NCBI GenBank assembly: GCA_041742355.1
Contig: JBGSIV010000164.1
Span: 1 to 31,061, forward strand
Source of the DNA: Candidatus Zixiibacteriota bacterium
GTDB lineage: Bacteria > Zixibacteria > MSB-5A5 > GN15 > FEB-12
Length of the DNA: 31,061 nt
Direction of reading: 5' to 3'
Shown here: piece by piece, positions 27,201 to 31,061 of the stretch
Numbering within the stretch: the first letter of the stretch is position 1
How the letters are laid out: each line of letters begins with the position of its first letter
The notes under the pieces: model-generated
Seen by the model: the letters and a program-made list of their open reading frames with translations, nothing else
The model's database searches: none
Told to the model about the DNA's origin: nothing
Translations under genes and position numbers: made by a program

Positions 27201-27328
27201 TCAGCACCGGCCTGGCGGCCCGGGTGAATCTCTTCGGCTTCCTGGTCGGCCAGGTGTTTGTCGCCAAACCGTTCCAACGGCCGGAGAAGAACGTCGAGTG
27301 GGGATTTCTTATTGCCCCGGGATGGTAA
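24230..27328 (+). CDS. Metallopeptidase + PD40/TolB-like beta-propeller + Omp85/BamA-type barrel fusion
   Basis: Signal peptide then YFGRNKVQY; gluzincin motif HELVH...WFVEGMAEY; four (W/I)SPDG repeats; barrel with the Omp85 loop-6 motif LVRGY, NAELRFP, FFDGG and a terminal Trp; AAGGAG RBS. Confidence 0.9.
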   Translation: MAIGNARTSVRLSAWAAGLLLAMLLLPHGTHGQYFGRNKVQYETFDFKTLETPHYRILYYPESQPVIVDAGRMAERWYERFSTLFQHELEENQPVILYANHADFQQTNVISGLIGEGTGGVTEGMQNRVVMPLTGIYDENNHVLGHELVHAFQYSIMKESSGGLAAARGMPLWFVEGMAEYLSLGRENSLTAMWMRDAVLHEDVPSISDMSGNLSYFPYRFGHAFWAWVAGLYSDDIVPRLMYATVAAGYELALQEILSTPVDTLSARWKQAMHETYYPMIADRTKPLEVGEAALDEGEALMTLSPSISPDGRHAAFIARRDVFTLNLYLADLSTGEIVEQLASSNSDAHFDALQFTNGSGTWSPDGSKLAFTVFKGGDNALAMLDIESVTVERTIKLEGVDALLQAAWSPDGSRILISGNTGGLSDLYLYDLTSDEIEQLTNDTYAQIQPSWSPDGRTIAFATDAGGEYMPGDLTYGRLQIALMDLQSRELRFIAISDDAKHIDPQFGVNNDLYFVADPDGFSDIYRYSFDDGQFFRVTRIATGVTGLTEDSPALSVARESGTLLFTVFDDREYKLRRLATAEASGEAFSLEPTAYETGVSLPPQFVETTVSEYLAGSNGNGHANGNGNGNGHTDGATDELYRFQFRDYNPKLSLAYVGQTGVGVGFDRFGAQVGGGASFLFSDLLGNRVLGITAQASGRLKDIGGEIFYLNQGHRLNWGVAGGHIPFRSAFLRVSEATVGNQPVVRQELVREWTFFDRVDLMAVYPLSTNRRFEFTGGFSHVWYDRDAEGILVDRGFIIDEYQIDLPAPSPLNLGHVSGAYVGDYSLFGFTSPVRGTRYRLELEATAGTITFLTALADLRRYVYLSPFTLAFRGMHIGRYLDDAENERLSELFVGYPTLVRGYDAYSLEPEECTTGDCPVYNRLLGSRLAVVNAELRFPLFGTDEYGLVNFSYLPTELAAFFDGGVAWRSGDLPKLRFEQDSDERIPVFSTGLAARVNLFGFLVGQVFVAKPFQRPEKNVEWGFLIAPGW

Positions 27329-27358
27329 GGGGCATGCCGCCATGCAAGGAATAGCAAC

Positions 27359-27796
27359 ATGCTCCTGGTGCGCGATATAATAGCCTACAGCGCGTCGCCG
27401 CCGGCCCCCGACACCTCCCTGCGGGAGGCGGCCGGAATGATGCGCATGCGCGGTGCGACCGTGCTTCCGGTGGCCGATACCGGACAAATGGTCGGACTGA
27501 TTTCCGACCGGGATATCGCGCTCGGGGTGGCGGCCGATCAACTCGATCCGGACCGGACACCGATCGGCGTGATCATGGCCGAGGAAGTCGTTACCGTATT
27601 CGATGACCGGGATCTCATGGCGGCAACCAATCTGATGCGGTTCAACAAAGTCAGCCGGCTGGCGGTGCTCGACCGCACCACCAGTGCCTGCCTCGGGGTA
27701 GTCACGATGGACGAAGTAGTGGCCCGCCTCGACCCCGATGACCTGCCGCTCGACACGATCGGGGGAGTGCCGCCAAGCCCCGATGTCGGCGAATAG
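27359..27796 (+). CDS. Stand-alone CBS-pair protein
   Basis: PDTSLREAAGMM, LPV...VGLISDRDI, RLAVLD...LGVVTMDE; AAGGA RBS; 30 nt after the Omp85 gene. Confidence 0.88.
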   Translation: MLLVRDIIAYSASPPAPDTSLREAAGMMRMRGATVLPVADTGQMVGLISDRDIALGVAADQLDPDRTPIGVIMAEEVVTVFDDRDLMAATNLMRFNKVSRLAVLDRTTSACLGVVTMDEVVARLDPDDLPLDTIGGVPPSPDVGE

Positions 27797-27836
27797 CGGG
27801 CAGCGCGGCGATGCGAACCGCCGGGGAGCGGTACCC

Positions 27837-29570
27837 ATGCCAATTCACAATACCGAAATTGCCGAGGTTCTCCACCGCATGGCGGACCTGCTCGAAATCG
27901 AAGGGGCGAACCCCTTCCGCGTTCGGGCATACCGTCACGCGGCGCACGTCGTCTCGGAGTTGGGCGAGAGTCTCCATTCACGCCTGCAGCGGGGCTCGAA
28001 CCTGACGGAACTGCCCGGTATCGGGAAGGATCTCGCGGGCAAGATCACCGAGATTGCGGGGACAGGCACGCTGCACCAATTGAGGGAACTCGAGGCACGG
28101 TATCCGAGGGGGTTGACAACCCTGCTGCAACTGAGCACGCTCGGCCCCAACAGAGTGCGAACACTCCACGAGCGACTCGGGATCGGCAATCTCGACCAGT
28201 TGGAGCGAGCGGCGCGGGAAGCGAAGGTCCGAACCCTGCCCGGATTCGGCGAGAAGACGGAGGCGAAGATCCTGCGGGAAGTCGACCGGGTCAAGCGGGA
28301 CCTGCAAGGGGGCCGGATGCTCCTGCGCAAGGCAGAGCAGATCATGGCGCCATTCTTCGAGTACCTCCACAACCAACCCGGTCTCAAGCAACTGGTGATC
28401 GCAGGCAGTTACCGCCGGCGGCGGGAAACGGTCGGGGATATCGACATGGTGGCGACGGTGAAACGGGGGAGCGATTTCATTGACCGGTTCGCGCAGTATG
28501 AAGATGTCGTGGAAGTGTTCGGGCAGGGACCGACCAAAGCCTCGGTGCTGCTCCGGCGCGGTCTGCAGGTTGATCTGCGGGTAGTGCCGGAAGTCAGTTT
28601 TGGCGCCGCACTGCTGTATTTCACCGGGTCCAAGCCGCACAGTGTGGTGCTCCGGACGATCGCCCAGAAGCGGGGGCTGAAAGTCAACGAATACGGCGTG
28701 TACCGTGAGAAGGACAACACCCGTCTTGCCAGCCGCACCGAAGAGGAGATGTACGCCGCGCTGAGCCTGCCGTACATCGAGCCGGAGCTGCGGGAGGACC
28801 GGGGAGAGATCGAGGCCGCGCGGAAGGGACAACTCCCGAAGCTGGTCGACCTGAAGGACATAAGAGGGGATCTCCAGAGCCACACGACAGCCAGCGACGG
28901 GCGCAATACGCTGGAGGAGATGGCGAAGGCGGCCCGCGACCGCGGGTACGAGTACCTCGCGGTGACCGATCACTCCAAGCGGGTGACGATCGCCAACGGG
29001 CTGGACGAGCGGCGGCTGCGCCACCAGATCAATCGGATAGACCGGCTCAACAAGCGGCTGGATGGCTCGATCCGGGTGCTGCGCTCGGTCGAGGTGGACA
29101 TTCTCGAAGACGGCTCGCTCGATTTAGACAACGAGGTGCTCAAGGATCTCGATATCGTCATCTGCTCGGTGCACTTCCACACGAAGCTGTCGCGGGAGCA
29201 ACAGACCGAACGGGTGCTCAAAGCGATGGACAACCCGTATTTCCACATTTTCGCCCATCCCACCGGGCGGATCCTCAATAAGCGGGATCCGTATGAGCTC
29301 GATGTCGAGGCGGTGCTTCGCAAGGCGAAAGAAGTGGCATGTTTTGTTGAACTCAACGCGCATCCGGACCGGCTCGATCTGAACGATACCTATGTGCGGC
29401 TGGCCAAAGAAATGGGGGTCAAAGTGGCGATTTCAACCGATGCCCACGCCGCCGGCGACTTCGCCTACATGCGGTACGGGGTCGGCCAGGCGCGGCGCGG
29501 ATGGCTGGAAGCAGGGGATGTGCTCAACACGCGTAGCTGGCCGGAACTGCAGAAACTCCTGCGCCGGTGA
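27837..29570 (+). CDS. polX: DNA polymerase X / PHP exonuclease
   Basis: ENPFR-like ANPFRVRAY, HhH motifs LPGIG and LPGFG, AGSYRRRRETVGDIDMV, QVDLR, YFTGSK; PHP motifs DLQSHT, TDHS, AHPTGR, STDAH. GGGAG RBS before ATG 27837. Confidence 0.96.
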   Translation: MPIHNTEIAEVLHRMADLLEIEGANPFRVRAYRHAAHVVSELGESLHSRLQRGSNLTELPGIGKDLAGKITEIAGTGTLHQLRELEARYPRGLTTLLQLSTLGPNRVRTLHERLGIGNLDQLERAAREAKVRTLPGFGEKTEAKILREVDRVKRDLQGGRMLLRKAEQIMAPFFEYLHNQPGLKQLVIAGSYRRRRETVGDIDMVATVKRGSDFIDRFAQYEDVVEVFGQGPTKASVLLRRGLQVDLRVVPEVSFGAALLYFTGSKPHSVVLRTIAQKRGLKVNEYGVYREKDNTRLASRTEEEMYAALSLPYIEPELREDRGEIEAARKGQLPKLVDLKDIRGDLQSHTTASDGRNTLEEMAKAARDRGYEYLAVTDHSKRVTIANGLDERRLRHQINRIDRLNKRLDGSIRVLRSVEVDILEDGSLDLDNEVLKDLDIVICSVHFHTKLSREQQTERVLKAMDNPYFHIFAHPTGRILNKRDPYELDVEAVLRKAKEVACFVELNAHPDRLDLNDTYVRLAKEMGVKVAISTDAHAAGDFAYMRYGVGQARRGWLEAGDVLNTRSWPELQKLLRR

Positions 29571-29581
29571 GCCCACGTTCT

Positions 29582-31060
29582 TCATGACTCATCGAGCGAC
29601 CAGGTCCGCACTGTCTTGTCGATACGGCGGTTCTGCAGCGGAATCAGCGCGGCGGTCAGCGCCACGCTTATGAACATGATAATCCCCCAGCCGGTATAGC
29701 CGCCATAGCCGGCGGACATTATCACAATAATCGGGACAATGAGAATTACAATCATGACCGTGTTGGTCATGAACGCCTCGAGCGTAAAGCGACCGTACGC
29801 GTTGGCGGTAGAGAATGGGAGCCGAACATTAATGAGATTCATCACCGTCGTCCCGAAAACGGCCAGGGCGGTAAGGAACGCCATATGCAAAACGGTGTGG
29901 AGAAGATTGCCGAAGAACCAGAAGTAACCCGCCGTTACAATCGGAACGACGACCAGTATTAGCAGGCCGAGCGCAATTCGCTTGGACGCCAGAGCCATGC
30001 GCCGTCGGTTGATAGGCGACGTGCAGAAGACCCAGGCCGATTCCCACGCTTTAGACTGCGCCATCGCGGTCTGCATAGCCATCACGCCCATGACGAAAAA
30101 GAGGGGCAGCATGCTGTCGGCACCGGCATTCTCGCTCCGGGGACCGAACGGGTCAGTCGGCGCGGCGTTGCTCATGACGCTGTACGCGAAGACGAAAATC
30201 ATCATCGGAATAATCCAGATTACCTGCATGCGAAACTGGAAGTCGTGCTTGAACTGCCCCCAGGCCAGTAGCGCCAGGGCGCGGGCTTCCGGGTCGGCCA
30301 GGCGGTAGAAGAGGCGCCGAATGGGCAGCGGCACCCGACGACGCCGGGCGGCGACCCGGGGAACGCTACTGTCGCCGATGGACCGGGCGTATGACAGCGA
30401 GAGGAAATTCATGGCAAAGAGGAACATAGCCGCCAGGAGCGCCAATCCCAGCCCCCAGAGGCCGACCGACCGCCAGTCAAAGCCCTGCAACACCAGTTTC
30501 ACCGGGGCGGCAAACCAGTAGGTCGGGAGCACGCCGATCCAGGGGATACTCTCGATGCGGGCATTCGCGACAATCGTCTTGGCCTGCGAGGGGAACAAGT
30601 TGAAGGAGCCATAAAACAGCATGATCATAGCGATCTGGACATACCCGGCGATCTGTTCCATGCGGCGCCGGTTGAGACCGCGCAACAGGGAAACGAAGAC
30701 CGTAATGATGAAGGTTGCCGAGAACAGGGAGACCAGCCAGAAGTGCAGGACCACCACGGGAAAAGCCAGCAGTGAGTCGAAGGCGAAGACGGCGATGATG
30801 GCGGGAATCAGCCCGCAGGCGAGGGACAGCAGGGTCACGTAGAACAGCAGGTGGACAAGCTTCGCCGTGAAGAAGGTCCGGGAGTTGACCGGGTGGCAGG
30901 CGGCGATGTGGTAGTCGGCCGGGGTGATGATAATCTGGTTGAACTCGATGAGCACCTGCATGGCGACGAGCACGAGGGGACCGATGCCGACAATCACCAG
31001 GGCCTCGAACAGGCCGGGCAGGCGAAGGATGAGGACCCCGTAGAAGACTGAGATGAAAAG
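29582..31060 (-). CDS. Multi-pass membrane protein, putative ABC exporter permease (5'-truncated by the window)
   Basis: Frame stays open to the window end (...LFISVFYGVLILRLPGLFEALVIVG...). About 12 TMs, with duplicated HPVNSRTFFTAK / SPINRRRMALASK motifs typical of ABC-2-like permeases. Confidence 0.65.
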   Translation of the reverse strand, partial: LFISVFYGVLILRLPGLFEALVIVGIGPLVLVAMQVLIEFNQIIITPADYHIAACHPVNSRTFFTAKLVHLLFYVTLLSLACGLIPAIIAVFAFDSLLAFPVVVLHFWLVSLFSATFIITVFVSLLRGLNRRRMEQIAGYVQIAMIMLFYGSFNLFPSQAKTIVANARIESIPWIGVLPTYWFAAPVKLVLQGFDWRSVGLWGLGLALLAAMFLFAMNFLSLSYARSIGDSSVPRVAARRRRVPLPIRRLFYRLADPEARALALLAWGQFKHDFQFRMQVIWIIPMMIFVFAYSVMSNAAPTDPFGPRSENAGADSMLPLFFVMGVMAMQTAMAQSKAWESAWVFCTSPINRRRMALASKRIALGLLILVVVPIVTAGYFWFFGNLLHTVLHMAFLTALAVFGTTVMNLINVRLPFSTANAYGRFTLEAFMTNTVMIVILIVPIIVIMSAGYGGYTGWGIIMFISVALTAALIPLQNRRIDKTVRTWSLDES

Positions 31061-31061
31061 G

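Overview
High-GC chromosomal window from a diderm bacterium (it encodes Omp85-type barrels, a lipoprotein and a PEP-CTERM protein). The yggS-divIVA-PNP gene order and gene content suggest an FCB-adjacent lineage such as Zixibacteria; this is inference only. About 22 genes. Minus-strand block (1-14624): a partial CDS, a beta-lactamase-family serine hydrolase, purine-nucleoside phosphorylase, a long DivIVA-domain protein, yggS, a YihY/BrkB protein, a 691-aa helical-repeat membrane protein, two exported thioredoxin-fold proteins, dnaE and a PEP-CTERM protein. Plus-strand block (15138-29570): recA, a STAS anti-anti-sigma factor, a DUF5916/CBM9-like outer-membrane protein, PhzF, class I aldolase fbaB, an M48 peptidase, Hsp20, and a metallopeptidase/beta-propeller/Omp85 fusion followed closely by a CBS protein and PolX-PHP. 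A partial permease-like gene ends the window on the minus strand. No rRNA, tRNA, CRISPR array, integrase or transposase is evident. Best leads: (1) an apparently sigma54-driven Omp85-protease/CBS/PolX operon; (2) four REP-like palindromes of two families in the predicted PNP 5' leader; (3) a PNP with Asp in place of the specificity Asn; (4) a sigma54/IHF/enhancer layout upstream of the PEP-CTERM gene; (5) the uncharacterised 691-aa repeat protein and the extended DivIVA. All calls come from reading motifs by eye; no database search was run.
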